From Parachlamydiales bacterium (lineage in GTDB: Bacteria > Chlamydiota > Chlamydiia > Chlamydiales > SM23-39), in contig CAWDBT010000002.1 in NCBI GenBank assembly GCA_963800655.1, forward strand, positions 513,671 to 577,670: a stretch of 64,000 bases of DNA, given 5' to 3'. This document shows, piece after piece, positions 48,815-58,034 of the stretch. Position numbers and translations under genes: made by a program. The stretch's first letter is position 1; each line of letters starts with the position of its first letter. The notes below the pieces were generated by a model. It saw nothing but the letters and a program-made list of their open reading frames with translations, made no database searches and was not told the origin of the DNA.

Positions 48815-49176
48815 TTCAAACCTAAATCAACAATGAACATCATAGAATGAAAAACACTTGCAGAAGGTTAAATGACTTTCTCTTTTTCGAAAAGACCTAT
48901 TCGTACAAACCTGGAAAAAGACACCTCAACCACCTGTTCCTCATCGAGTTGTAAAATAAACCCAACTTGCAAAAAAGAATCTGAAAAAGCCGCTCGATTC
49001 AGATCCTCTCTATTCTAAAATTATTTTTCCCATATCCCAGCTATGGTTTTTAAACATTCTTTGATTTTTTCGGTATACCGAAATTCGAGACCTGCTGCAA
49101 AATCTTCGGCTCAAAAGAACCTTCTATATGCGATATGCATGTCGCATAGAAACTATTTGCCTCTGGAGAAAAAACG

Positions 49177-49677
49177 ATGCCATCCGCCGTCAATGCCACC
49201 CCCATTCCCCCTATCGCCCCAACACTCCCCTATCGAAACATTTCAAAAATGGCTTGCAAAGTCCTTGGAACCGCAGCGATTGTAGCGGCGATTGCCGCAA
49301 AAGCGCTGGCGAGCCAATCGACCGCTCCGGCGGGACTGGGATCTGCGGCTCGCTTCTCTTTTTCGGCGATTTGTTCCTGTGGAATGCTGTGTCTTTCGGG
49401 GCTGGCGGCGCTGTTTTTTGCGCTCCGCTTCTTCTTTCCAAAATCGACATCTACAGGCGGCGAAAGAAGGGCGGCGCAGGACGATTCGAGAGCCTGCTCG
49501 GCGAGCCCGCAAGCCTCTCAATTTGCAACAGAGCGGACTCCCTTTGAATCGCCATTGGCTTCCCGGCCATCGCTGCCGAGATTTCCAACTTTTGAAGAAT
49601 TGCGCTCTCATTTTTTAAAAAAAGCCGAAGAGGAGTTCTCGGCAAGCGCAGTCGAGACGGGTTCAAAGAACGATTAG
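49177..49677 (+). CDS. Membrane protein with bilobed hydrophobic segment (Inc-like candidate)
   Basis: 'VLGTAAIVAAIAAKALA' and 'FSAICSCGMLCLSGLAALFFALRFFF', with GGAGA upstream. Several competing ORFs cover this locus. Confidence 0.4.
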   Translation: MPSAVNATPIPPIAPTLPYRNISKMACKVLGTAAIVAAIAAKALASQSTAPAGLGSAARFSFSAICSCGMLCLSGLAALFFALRFFFPKSTSTGGERRAAQDDSRACSASPQASQFATERTPFESPLASRPSLPRFPTFEELRSHFLKKAEEEFSASAVETGSKND

Positions 49678-50729
49678 GCGCCCCAAGGCCCGCCTTGCTC
49701 GAAATCCTGGAGGATGACTTCCTTAAGTCTGTCGCGGTCGAATTCCTCGATATTGAGCCAACGGAACAAGGGTTCTTTGCGAAACCAGGTGAACTGGCGC
49801 TTGGCATACTGGCGGCATGCCTTTTTGAATTTCGCCACAAAGAGTTCAAAATCGGCTTTGGTCTGGGGGCTTTCGAGATAGTCGAGGGCCTGTCGATAGC
49901 CAATGGCCTGGGATGCGGAAGGATTGCGGCAAAGACCTTCCTGTTCGAGCTTCTTGACCTCGTCCAAAAATCCGTCGCGAATCATTTGTTCGCAGCGCAA
50001 TTCGATGCGCGAATAGAGGCGCTCGCGGGGATAATAGATGAACCAGCACCTGAAATCGAATTCGCCTTCCTGGAGCTGGGAAGGCTTTGAAAACTCGCTG
50101 ACGCGCCTTTCGGATAAAGCCATGATTTCAAGCGCTCGAACGATCTTATGTCGATCGCGCTCGGAAATGGTGGCCGCATATTCGGGATCGAGCATCTGGA
50201 GTCTTTCGTAGAGGATCTCGGGGCCGAGCTCTCTCATTTGCCTTTCGAGCTGTTCGCGGACCTCGGGGACGGACGACGGGCCTGCAGGCGGGCCGTAGAG
50301 GAGCGAATGGATATAAAATCCCGATCCCCCGACGACGATGGGGACGTTGTCCCTAGCTGCAATGCCGTGGATCGCTTCTTTCGCATCGGCATGGAATTTG
50401 GCGACATTGCACAGCTCGCTCAAATCGCAGGTATCGATCAAATGATGGGCGATGAGAGCGCGTTCTTCGGCAGACGCTTTTGCGGTTCCGATGTCCATGC
50501 CTCGATATACCTGCATGGAATCGGCGGAGACGATTTCTCCTCCGATGGCTTGCGCGAGGAGAATCGAAAGGCTGGTTTTACCCGATGCGGTCGGGCCGGC
50601 GATGACAATGACGCGTTTTTTTTTCTGCCCGAGCACAATCGGCTGTCTTTGCGCAAGAAACTCCACCCGGGAGCCAGATTTGGACTCCTTGAGGGCTGTG
50701 CCCGAGGATCTGGGATTAAACTCCGTCAT
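49674..50729 (-). CDS. miaA: tRNA dimethylallyltransferase
   Basis: 'VIVIAGPTASGKTSLSILLA...GEIVSADSMQVYRGMDIGTAK'. Confidence 0.95.
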   Translation of the reverse strand: MTEFNPRSSGTALKESKSGSRVEFLAQRQPIVLGQKKKRVIVIAGPTASGKTSLSILLAQAIGGEIVSADSMQVYRGMDIGTAKASAEERALIAHHLIDTCDLSELCNVAKFHADAKEAIHGIAARDNVPIVVGGSGFYIHSLLYGPPAGPSSVPEVREQLERQMRELGPEILYERLQMLDPEYAATISERDRHKIVRALEIMALSERRVSEFSKPSQLQEGEFDFRCWFIYYPRERLYSRIELRCEQMIRDGFLDEVKKLEQEGLCRNPSASQAIGYRQALDYLESPQTKADFELFVAKFKKACRQYAKRQFTWFRKEPLFRWLNIEEFDRDRLKEVILQDFEQGGPWGA

Positions 50730-51066
50730 GCTGCAAGGCGTCTTGTTCTGTCTCGAAAATAAGCAAAATATGGTTCAAACCCGCCGCCTCGATGACTTTC
50801 TTTACATCTTGGGAAACGCCAAAAATAAGCAGCTTCCCGTTTTGCCTATGGAGTTTTGTCGAAATGGCGAGCAGGTTTCTTAAAACAGCGGCGTGCAATT
50901 CCTCGACTCCCGAAAAATCGAGCAACAAAGAACGGGCTCCTTCTTTAAGGCATGCGTCGATTTTTTGTTCGAGCAGAGGGACATGGGCTGAATCGAGCTG
51001 CCCTTTAAGGCGAAATACGAACCTTCGATCGACTTCTTCGACGGCGATGCTAAAAGTCGGGCGCAT
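50716..51066 (-). CDS. STAS-domain anti-sigma-factor antagonist-like protein (RsbV/SpoIIAA family)
   Basis: 116 aa. 'LKGQLDSAHVPLLEQKI...LLLDFSGVEELHAAVLRNLL...GKLLIFGVSQDVKKVIEAAGL'. Confidence 0.75.
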   Translation of the reverse strand: MRPTFSIAVEEVDRRFVFRLKGQLDSAHVPLLEQKIDACLKEGARSLLLDFSGVEELHAAVLRNLLAISTKLHRQNGKLLIFGVSQDVKKVIEAAGLNHILLIFETEQDALQHDGV

Positions 51067-51069
51067 CGA

Positions 51070-51327
51070 TCAAACCCCTTGGATTTGGGGAATTTCAGGC
51101 TGCATCACTTCGAGATGCACGCGCCGGCCCAACCGCGCGCCGATCGTCATGGCCAAAGTGCGCAAGGAACGGATGACATGCCCTTTGCGCCCGACGACTT
51201 TGCCGACATCTTCGGGAGCGACTCGGATCTCGATGAGGGTTCCCCCCTGGCCTTCGATCAACCGGACGTCGACCTGCTCGGGCAGATTCACCATGTTTTT
51301 TACTAGATACGCTATGAATTCATCCAT
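51070..51327 (-). CDS. KH-domain RNA-binding protein (UPF0109/YlqC-like)
   Basis: 'VRLIEGQGGTLIEIRVAPEDVGKVVGRKGHVIRSLRTL' contains the GxxG KH motif. Confidence 0.85.
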   Translation of the reverse strand: MDEFIAYLVKNMVNLPEQVDVRLIEGQGGTLIEIRVAPEDVGKVVGRKGHVIRSLRTLAMTIGARLGRRVHLEVMQPEIPQIQGV

Positions 51328-51378
51328 TCTTCACTCCTTCGAAAGACGCGAGATCCTTGTAAACTTTTTGTTTATTTA

Positions 51379-51417
51379 AGAGGGTGTCGACGAAGCCTTG
51401 CTTTGTACACATCCTCT
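51379..51417. repeat. Diverged copy of the palindromic REP/MITE-like family
   Basis: 'agagggtgtcgacgaagccttgctttgtacacatcctct'. Confidence 0.6.
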
Positions 51418-51485
51418 AAGAACTGTTTAAAAACAAAATGAACTATTTTATTTTTAGACAGCTAGAAGGCCAAAATCTGACCCCT

Positions 51486-51835
51486 TCACCTTTGAGGATA
51501 TTGGATCGAACCATTGAATGCAATTTCTTGGGTCATCCAATCGAGATAAGATTGGCTCGCCTGCTCGATGGGGGTTTGCAAGATTTCGGGAACTTCATAG
51601 CTTCCATTTTCGAGAATGCGCCGACAAATTTCGGAAAAATGGGATTTCTCCGTTTTGAAAATCACCTTGCATTCCCGTTCTTTTTTGAGTTTTCCCTTCC
51701 AATGGAAAAGGGATCGGATCCCGGGGATAGCCGATGACAGGCGACGAGTCGTTTTTCGAGCAATTGAGCGGAGATCTTTTCGGCTTCCTTGAAATTCCCG
51801 CAGGTCCACAAAACTAAAACGGGCTGGCAGGTCAT
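51486..51835 (-). pseudogene. cutA: CutA divalent-cation tolerance protein; one frame break
   Basis: 'MTCQPVLVLWTCGNFKEAEKISAQLLEKRLVACHRLS' switches frame at 'ctatccccgggatcc' (about 51715-51730) to 'IPGIRSLFHWKGKL...KTEKSHF...YEVPEIL...YLDWM'. The start overlaps the ftsQ stop (ATGA). Confidence 0.8.
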
Positions 51836-52758
51836 GGGGATTCTTTTGAATTTTGTACAAAAGCGAGCTGCGGAATCCGAAGGTCGATGATCCGGGGCGC
51901 GAACCGAACGGGACTCGTTTCGCATGAGAGGCGATGGATCTGCTTTTGATAATCTTCGAGCATGGCCTTGCGCAAGGAGAGGAAATTGCCGAGCTGTCGC
52001 GCATAATCTTTTTGGGGAAGCCGAAGGATCTTGGGGAACAGGCAAACGGTTTCTTTGTCTTGATCGCGAAAGACGGCTTCCTCTTCGGTGAACAGGACGA
52101 TTTCCCTTTGTCCATAGCTGCTGGAAAAGGCATTGGAGACGTCGATCCTCTTGATGCGAAGCCCTTCGCGCCAGGGGGCGTCTTTCAAAACCTGGAGGAT
52201 TTCAAAAGCGAGCCTGAGGTGTTTGTTCTGCACGGGGGTTTGCCAAGATCCTCCCTTGCGGCCCAGGCCATCGGCCTCGGCGCCGAAGGGAGGGAGGCCG
52301 AGATAGATCTCGGGCAAATGCTTGGGGGTAAAGAAAGGAGCGATGGGAAAGAGATAGCCGTCGCGGTCGAGGCCGATGTTTTCATAATCGACGAGCCAAG
52401 CGATGGGTTTGCGCACGGTGTAATCGACATAGATGGTAGCTGGAGGAACCCGGGCGACTTTGGCCTCGGAAATGAGCGGGCAGGCGAGGAGTTTGCGGCG
52501 GGCTTCTTTGAGATCGAATGCGTAAAGCATCGCGGGCTTGTCGGAGGAAAGACCGAGAAGTTCGGCGAGATAGGAGGTTTTGAGCGCCTCTTTTTCCGGC
52601 CCAGTCTGAACGATGGCCGCGATTTTATAGCGCTCGTCGGAAAGACGCCTCGAATGCCAGGCGATCCAAGCCATATAGACGGCAGCGGCGGCCAGAAGCG
52701 TTCCGCCGGTGATGCCGGCCAAACACATCCAAGCTTGCCGATACGTCCATCGGCCCAT
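51832..52758 (-). CDS. ftsQ: FtsQ-like cell-division protein (TM anchor + POTRA)
   Basis: TM 'MCLAGITGGTLLAAAAVYMAWIAW'. POTRA-like 'YKIAAIVQTGPEKEALKTSYLAELLGL...ARVPPATIYVDYTVRKPIAWL'. The start ATG overlaps the ddl stop by 1 nt. Confidence 0.75.
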   Translation of the reverse strand: MGRWTYRQAWMCLAGITGGTLLAAAAVYMAWIAWHSRRLSDERYKIAAIVQTGPEKEALKTSYLAELLGLSSDKPAMLYAFDLKEARRKLLACPLISEAKVARVPPATIYVDYTVRKPIAWLVDYENIGLDRDGYLFPIAPFFTPKHLPEIYLGLPPFGAEADGLGRKGGSWQTPVQNKHLRLAFEILQVLKDAPWREGLRIKRIDVSNAFSSSYGQREIVLFTEEEAVFRDQDKETVCLFPKILRLPQKDYARQLGNFLSLRKAMLEDYQKQIHRLSCETSPVRFAPRIIDLRIPQLAFVQNSKESP

Positions 52759-55149
52759 TATTTCCCCCGAATCTTCGCCAAGCACCTATGGCGGTGCAGG
52801 CTTAAGCAAATGAGTTCATGCCACAAATCGGTTTGAGATAATCCGGCAGCCTCCCACATTTTAGGATACAGGCTGATCTTTGTAAATCCGGGAAGCGGAT
52901 TGATCTCGTTGAGCCAGTAATGTCCTTTTCGATCGAGGAAGAAATCGACTCTGGCGAGTCCTTTGCAACAGCAGGCCGCATACATGCTGCAGGCGAGATC
53001 TTTGCCTATCTGGGCTTGTTGCTCGGTCAGATCGGCAGGAGTCTTCAGTCCCAAAGGACTGAGGCCCATATTTCCTTTCAAAATCGTAGAACTGGCCGTG
53101 ATTGAGGATTTCCCCGGGCGCTCCGACGCGGATTTCATCGTTGCCGAGAACGGCGAACTCGATCTGGCGGCCGTCGACTTCTTTTTCGATCAGGATTTGA
53201 TGGTCGTATTGGAAAGCCAGTTCGACGGCGTCGTCCAAAAATTCTTTCTTGAGAACGCGGCTCACCCCGATGCTCGATCCGAGATGAACGGGCTTGACCC
53301 AAAGGGGATAATCGAACTGGGACGAGGCGAACTCCTTAATGGACTCTTTCCTCTTTTCCAATCGGACCGAGGAGCATTCGACATAGGGCGCAGTCGGCAC
53401 GCCGTTCATGACCGCCACATGTTTCGTCCATGCTTTCTGCATGCAGATCGCGGCGGCGCGGTAATCGCAGCCGACATACGGAAGATCGAGCGCATCGAGA
53501 AGTCCTTGCACCATGCCGTCTTCGCCTTGAGGTCCATGCAAAACCGGAACGACGACATCGCATGAAAGCAGATTTTTCAAAATCTCTCCGGAGAGCTTGG
53601 CTGATCGCTGGGAATCCGTTTCGTGTTTTTCCAACCGCGCCAGGGCGTCATCCCCAAAGATCCAATGGCCGTCCTTGGTAAGCCGAACGCCTTCACATTG
53701 TAAATGTCTGGATCGAGAGAACGGAAAATATTGCGGGCGGACAAAAGTGAGATCGCGTGTTCGGCGGATGTTCCCCCAAAGAGAACGCCGATAGTGAGCT
53801 TCGGCAACAGCTCGGACAGTTTCGCCGGAATATTTCTGGCGGCGGCGGTGATATCGCCGGCTCCGAATGCGACTGCGACATCTCCGCATTCCAAAAATCG
53901 GCTGACCTTCTCTCGATCCTGTCATGGAAACCAATGGACATGCGCGCCGCGCCTTTCTGCAAGAGCTGATAGATTTTCTCGGTGGTCGCGCCTTCGATCG
54001 CTGTTTCTCCTGCTGCGTAAATATCGGTGAAGATGACTTCGTCGGCTTCCTGAAGCTACTGGCGAATTCCTCGATCAGATCTCTGATGCGCGAATAGCGA
54101 TGGGGTTGGACAATGGCGACCAATCTCTTTTCTCGGAACCGATCTCTCATGGCTTTGAAGCGTGGGGCGAATTTCCGTCGGGTGATGGCCATAATCGTCG
54201 AACACTTCGATATTCTGGACGACAGCCCACTTTTTCGAGCCTTCGCGCTCGCTCCGGCAAAAGAAAGAAAAGCTCTGCGAATCGCCGCTTCCTCGATCCC
54301 AGAGAGAGGGCGAGTCCGAATACGGCGGAGCCATTCAAGGCATTGTGGCGGCCGAAGAGAGCCAGTTCGATCGCCTTGTACGAGACTCCTCGATATCGAA
54401 GATCGAAGCGGACTCCTCGATCGTGCAGCATAGGATTGAATCGAGAGATCGGCCTCGTGGGAAAATCCGTAAGAGACGCCTTTGGGATTGATTCGGCGAG
54501 CATAGGATCGTCGAGGCACCAAAACAAGTGTTCGGGATACATCGGCTTGGTTGAAAAATGTCCGGAATCCCTCCTTGAGCCTTTCTTCGGTTTTCCAGTA
54601 ATTCATGTGTTCTTTTTCGAAGTTCGTCACAATGGCGCCGAAAGCCGGGGTCTTTAAAAAAGAGCCGTCGCTTTCATCGGCTTCCGACGCAAAATAGGGC
54701 CCTTTGCCGGAACGCCCGTTGGTATTGCAGGATCGGACGATGCCTCCGACGACAAAAGAAGGATCGGCTCCGGCTTCGAGCAGCACTGCAGCGAGCAGAG
54801 CGCTGGTGGTCGTCTTGCCATGCGTGCCGGTGACGAGCAGGGGCTTTTGAGAGCCGATAGAGAATGTGCAAGAGATCAGAGCGATGGAGCTGGCGCAAAG
54901 ATGTTTTTTCTGGCTTCCTGCAGTTCGACATTGTTTTCCCCGATGTCGGTACTGAAGACGACGACACTTGCCTGTTCGAGGGTTTCCTTGGCATGGCCGA
55001 TATGAACCCGGCGCTCCATCTTTCGCGAGATTCTGGAGCAAGGGGCTGTCTTTCATATCGCTTCCCTGTACCTTTGCCCCGCGCTCGAGCAAGATCCGGG
55101 CCAACGCGCTCATGCCGATTCCGCCCATGCCGATGAAATGATAGGTCAT
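52758..55149 (-). pseudogene. murC/ddl: MurC-Ddl fusion (UDP-MurNAc:L-Ala ligase + D-Ala:D-Ala ligase); sense is spread over all three frames (at least 15 switches)
   Basis: MurC blocks: '[17 protein letters not shown]', '[29 protein letters not shown]', '[16 protein letters not shown]', '[10 protein letters not shown]', '[11 protein letters not shown]' and '[12 protein letters not shown]'. Ddl blocks: '[19 protein letters not shown]', '[19 protein letters not shown]', '[16 protein letters not shown]' and '[27 protein letters not shown]'. These blocks alternate among ORFs 52861-55509, 54147-54542, 54056-54334, 53693-53962, 53577-53894 and 52758-53138. Confidence 0.8.
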
Positions 55150-56213
55150 TTCGTATTCCTTTAGATTGAGAATTTGTTGTCGCAATCGTTTGCCTTCCCC
55201 GCGCTTCCTCGAGAAAGCTCTGAAGTGATTTTTTAGCAAGGGCGCATCGTGGATGAGAGCCTGGAATCGCTTCGGAAAGCCTTTGGGATGAGCCCATTCC
55301 TCGAGGAGGATTTTTCCCCCTTTGATTTGCTTTGCGAGAAATTCGGCGTTGATGCGCTGATGGTCGTCGGCTGCAAACGGAAATGGGATCAGAAGCGCAG
55401 GAATGCAGTAGCGGATGAGCTCAGCGGTCGTGCCCGCTCCGGATCTGCAGATGGCGAAATCGGCTGCGGCATAGAGTCGGTGCATGGCGGGTTCAATCCC
55501 CTCACCCAAGCTTGCACTCCTGCTTTTTCATAGCGCTCTTTGACTTCGGCAGCGGATTCATCCTTGCCGGCGAGATGAATAGCCTGCGCATGGAGAGGAA
55601 GAACAGCTGGGATCGCCTCGTTGAGAAAGGATGCTCCCTGAGAGCCCCCGAATACCAAAAAGGTCGGCCGATCCGGATCGAGGCCCAGTTCCAGCCGCAT
55701 GCTCCGTCGCTCGGCTTGGCCGAGGGATTTCCACGGCAATAGCGGGAACGAGTTTCAAATGGCGCGGCGCTCCTTTAAAAGAAAATTGCGCAAAGACCGT
55801 TTTCGCGCTGTAAGAGAAAAGAGTCGGTTCACCTTGCCCATGAGGCAATTTGCTTCGAAGAGGGCGATATTTTGGCGCATAAGCCAAGCTGCCGCAAGAA
55901 CGGGAAAACTGTGAAAGCTCCCGAATCCGACGACGAGATCGGGGCGGAACTTGCGGATCGCCGAGATGCTCTGGCAGATTCCGCGGAGATTCATTTTGAA
56001 AAACATCCATAATCCCCTGAGCGAATATCGCAAAGGAGCCGCTGAAATCGATTGAAACGGAAATGCATCCTGTTTGAAAAAGGCGGATGTTTCCAGGCGA
56101 TGCCCCGCGAAGAAGATTTCGGCGTGGGACTGCAGTTCATGGGCGAGTTGCTGAGCGGGGAGCAGGTGGCCGCCGCTTCCGCCGACGGCGATCAAGATTT
56201 TGGTGCGGTTCAT
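55150..56213 (-). pseudogene. murG: MurG (UDP-GlcNAc:lipid I transferase); three frame switches and no stop before murC in the final frame
   Basis: 'ILIAVGGSGGHLLPA' is in ORF 55755-56213. Then 'KTVFAQFSFKGAPRHLKLVP' (ORF 55558-56010). Then 'LVFGGSQGASFLNEAIP' (ORF 55389-55739). Then '[23 protein letters not shown]' (ORF 52861-55509). Confidence 0.8.
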
Positions 56214-57307
56214 ACGAGGGCTCGTTTAGGGGATTTGGCGATATCGAGAAGTAGAAACAAGGCTATGATATTCATGATGAGAGAGCTTCCTCCCTGGGAA
56301 AAAAACGGGAGAGTCGTCCCTTTGCTAGGGAGCAATCCCGAGACGATCCCGAGATTTAAAAACGCCTGGAGCGCGATCAAAAACGTCAGGACGGAAGCCA
56401 GAAAAAACGCCCCTCGATCGGACGATTGGATCGCGACCGCAAATCCGGCGTAGGTAAACCCCATATACAAGGCGATCAGCCCCAGGATTCCGACGAACCC
56501 GAATTCCTCTGCGAAAATCGCCGCGATGTAATCGCTGCGCGCTTCGGGGAGGTAGTTGAGTTTTTGGAGGCTTTCTCCAAGCCCTCGTCCGAGGAGCTGC
56601 CCCGATCCCGCGGCGATTTTGGCCTGGTGCGGCTGATGCCCTTTTCCCCTGAGATCGAGTTCGGGATGCAAATAAATGCGGATGCGATCCGGCACATGCG
56701 GCATCTGCGAGGCCGCTCCAATGCCGAGGCAAACCATAGTCAAAAACGGCAGCGCCCAATACGTCCAGCGGATTTTCATCAGGATGAAAAGGGCGAAAAG
56801 ACACCCGAGGATGATCGCGGTCGTTCCATTGTCCGGTTCCAATAAGATGAGACCCATTGGACATGCGATCAAAGCCAACACTTTTAAAAACGGCTTTAAT
56901 TGGATCGGTTCCCTTTGTTGGAGGAACCAGCGGATGAAATACATGGGGATGAGAATTTTCGCACATTCGGAAGGCTGGAACGTAAATCCCCCGATGCCGA
57001 TCCAACGCCTCGCTCCATTGATCGTCTGACCAAAAGGCGGGATGAAAACGGCGATGAGCAGCACGGCGGCGATTGCAAGCAAGGGAAAGCTCCTCTCGAT
57101 CAGCGCGCGATACCCGCATCGCCTCACGGCAAAGCCGAGGGCGACGCCGGCTCCGCCATAGGCGATCTGCTTGAGCAAAGCCGCATGGGTATTGGCGTCG
57201 AGCGAGCGGTCGATGATCTCGGCCGCAGTCGTGTTGAACACCATTAAAAGCCCGAGCGCAAAGAGCAGCGCTACGCAAATGACGAGGCAAATAGAAGCTC
57301 TATTCAT
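56210..57307 (-). CDS. ftsW: SEDS-family lipid II flippase/glycosyltransferase FtsW/RodA
   Basis: Intact 365-aa ORF with 'RWIGIGGFTFQPSECAKI', 'SDYIAAIFAEEFGFVG' and 'GLLPSKGTTLPFFSQGGSS'. ATGA overlaps at both ends. Confidence 0.9.
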   Translation of the reverse strand: MNRASICLVICVALLFALGLLMVFNTTAAEIIDRSLDANTHAALLKQIAYGGAGVALGFAVRRCGYRALIERSFPLLAIAAVLLIAVFIPPFGQTINGARRWIGIGGFTFQPSECAKILIPMYFIRWFLQQREPIQLKPFLKVLALIACPMGLILLEPDNGTTAIILGCLFALFILMKIRWTYWALPFLTMVCLGIGAASQMPHVPDRIRIYLHPELDLRGKGHQPHQAKIAAGSGQLLGRGLGESLQKLNYLPEARSDYIAAIFAEEFGFVGILGLIALYMGFTYAGFAVAIQSSDRGAFFLASVLTFLIALQAFLNLGIVSGLLPSKGTTLPFFSQGGSSLIMNIIALFLLLDIAKSPKRALV

Positions 57308-58034
57308 CTGACGCGTAAACGGTCTCCTGGTTTTAGACGGCGGGCTTTTTCTTCGTTGAGTCCATTCAATTTAAGCAGTTCGTCTACTTTCATCCGATGC
57401 TTCATCGCGATCGTCCAAGGGTTGTCTCCGACTTTAACCGTATAATATTCGAGATCGCGCTGAGCGGTCTGTTTTTCAGAAGAAACGGATTTGGCTTTCG
57501 CCGTTTGGGAGAATGATTTTTCTCCGGGCAGCTTCAAAACCTGGCCGATCCTCAGAAAACTGTTCGGCAATTGGTTGAGGCGACGGAGTTCTTCGACTGT
57601 GGTGTGGTGGGCTTTGGCAATTTTCTCAAGCGTATCCCCTTTTTTGACCGACACCTCGGCTAAAGATGCGGCGACTGCGGGAATCGGAGGCGGAGCGAGG
57701 ACTAAAGGGGCGGATTCAGAGGGATGGCCGTATCCTGCTGGGCTAATGGAGGGAGCTGATGGACGATATCGGAAGACGCCGTTTGTGCAATCGGCGGAAG
57801 AACGTCTGGCCGGCGCCATCGAACGATATCGGCTGCTGCAGAGCAAGGCTTTCCTGGGGCGGCGATCCCTCGGGAATTTCATTGAACAGCGGCTTATGCA
57901 TCCGTTGGCATCGCCTGTGAAAAATCGACGCTTTTCGGCGACTGTTCTTCGCGATGAATCGCAGCTATGAAAAGCAGAGCCAACAGGCCTGCATTCATCA
58001 ATACGGCAATCAAGATCGTTTTTTTTCGATCCAT
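57304..58034 (-). pseudogene. Membrane-anchored double-LysM protein in the NlpD position of the chlamydial dcw cluster; the N-terminal half is frame-broken
   Basis: The anchor 'MDRKKTILIAVLMNAGLLALLFIAAI...' starts at the ATG at 58034 and hits a stop after 46 aa. The two LysM repeats, 'VSVKKGDTLEKIAKAHHTTVEELRRLNQL' and 'YYTVKVGDNPWTIAMKHRMKVDELLKLNGL', are in ORF 57304-58095. No M23 domain is visible. Confidence 0.65.

Noticed and set aside
16572-51417. Whether the recurring palindromes form a CRISPR array
   Set aside because: The copies are tens of kb apart and not regularly spaced. They are themselves inverted repeats rather than direct repeats with spacers, and no cas genes are present.
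52861-55509. 882-aa ORF that could be read as one giant protein
   Set aside because: It is a composite. It starts in the MurG C-terminus and runs through murC/ddl. Only about half of its length carries Mur/Ddl motifs; the remainder is Arg/Ser-rich out-of-frame text. The missing motifs are found in the other two frames. Its length reflects the scarcity of stop codons in this DNA, not a real polypeptide.
56325-57290. 321-aa Arg/Pro-rich ORF on the minus strand
   Set aside because: It is an alternate frame of the intact ftsW gene, which has clear SEDS motifs. The composition is typical of an off-frame translation.
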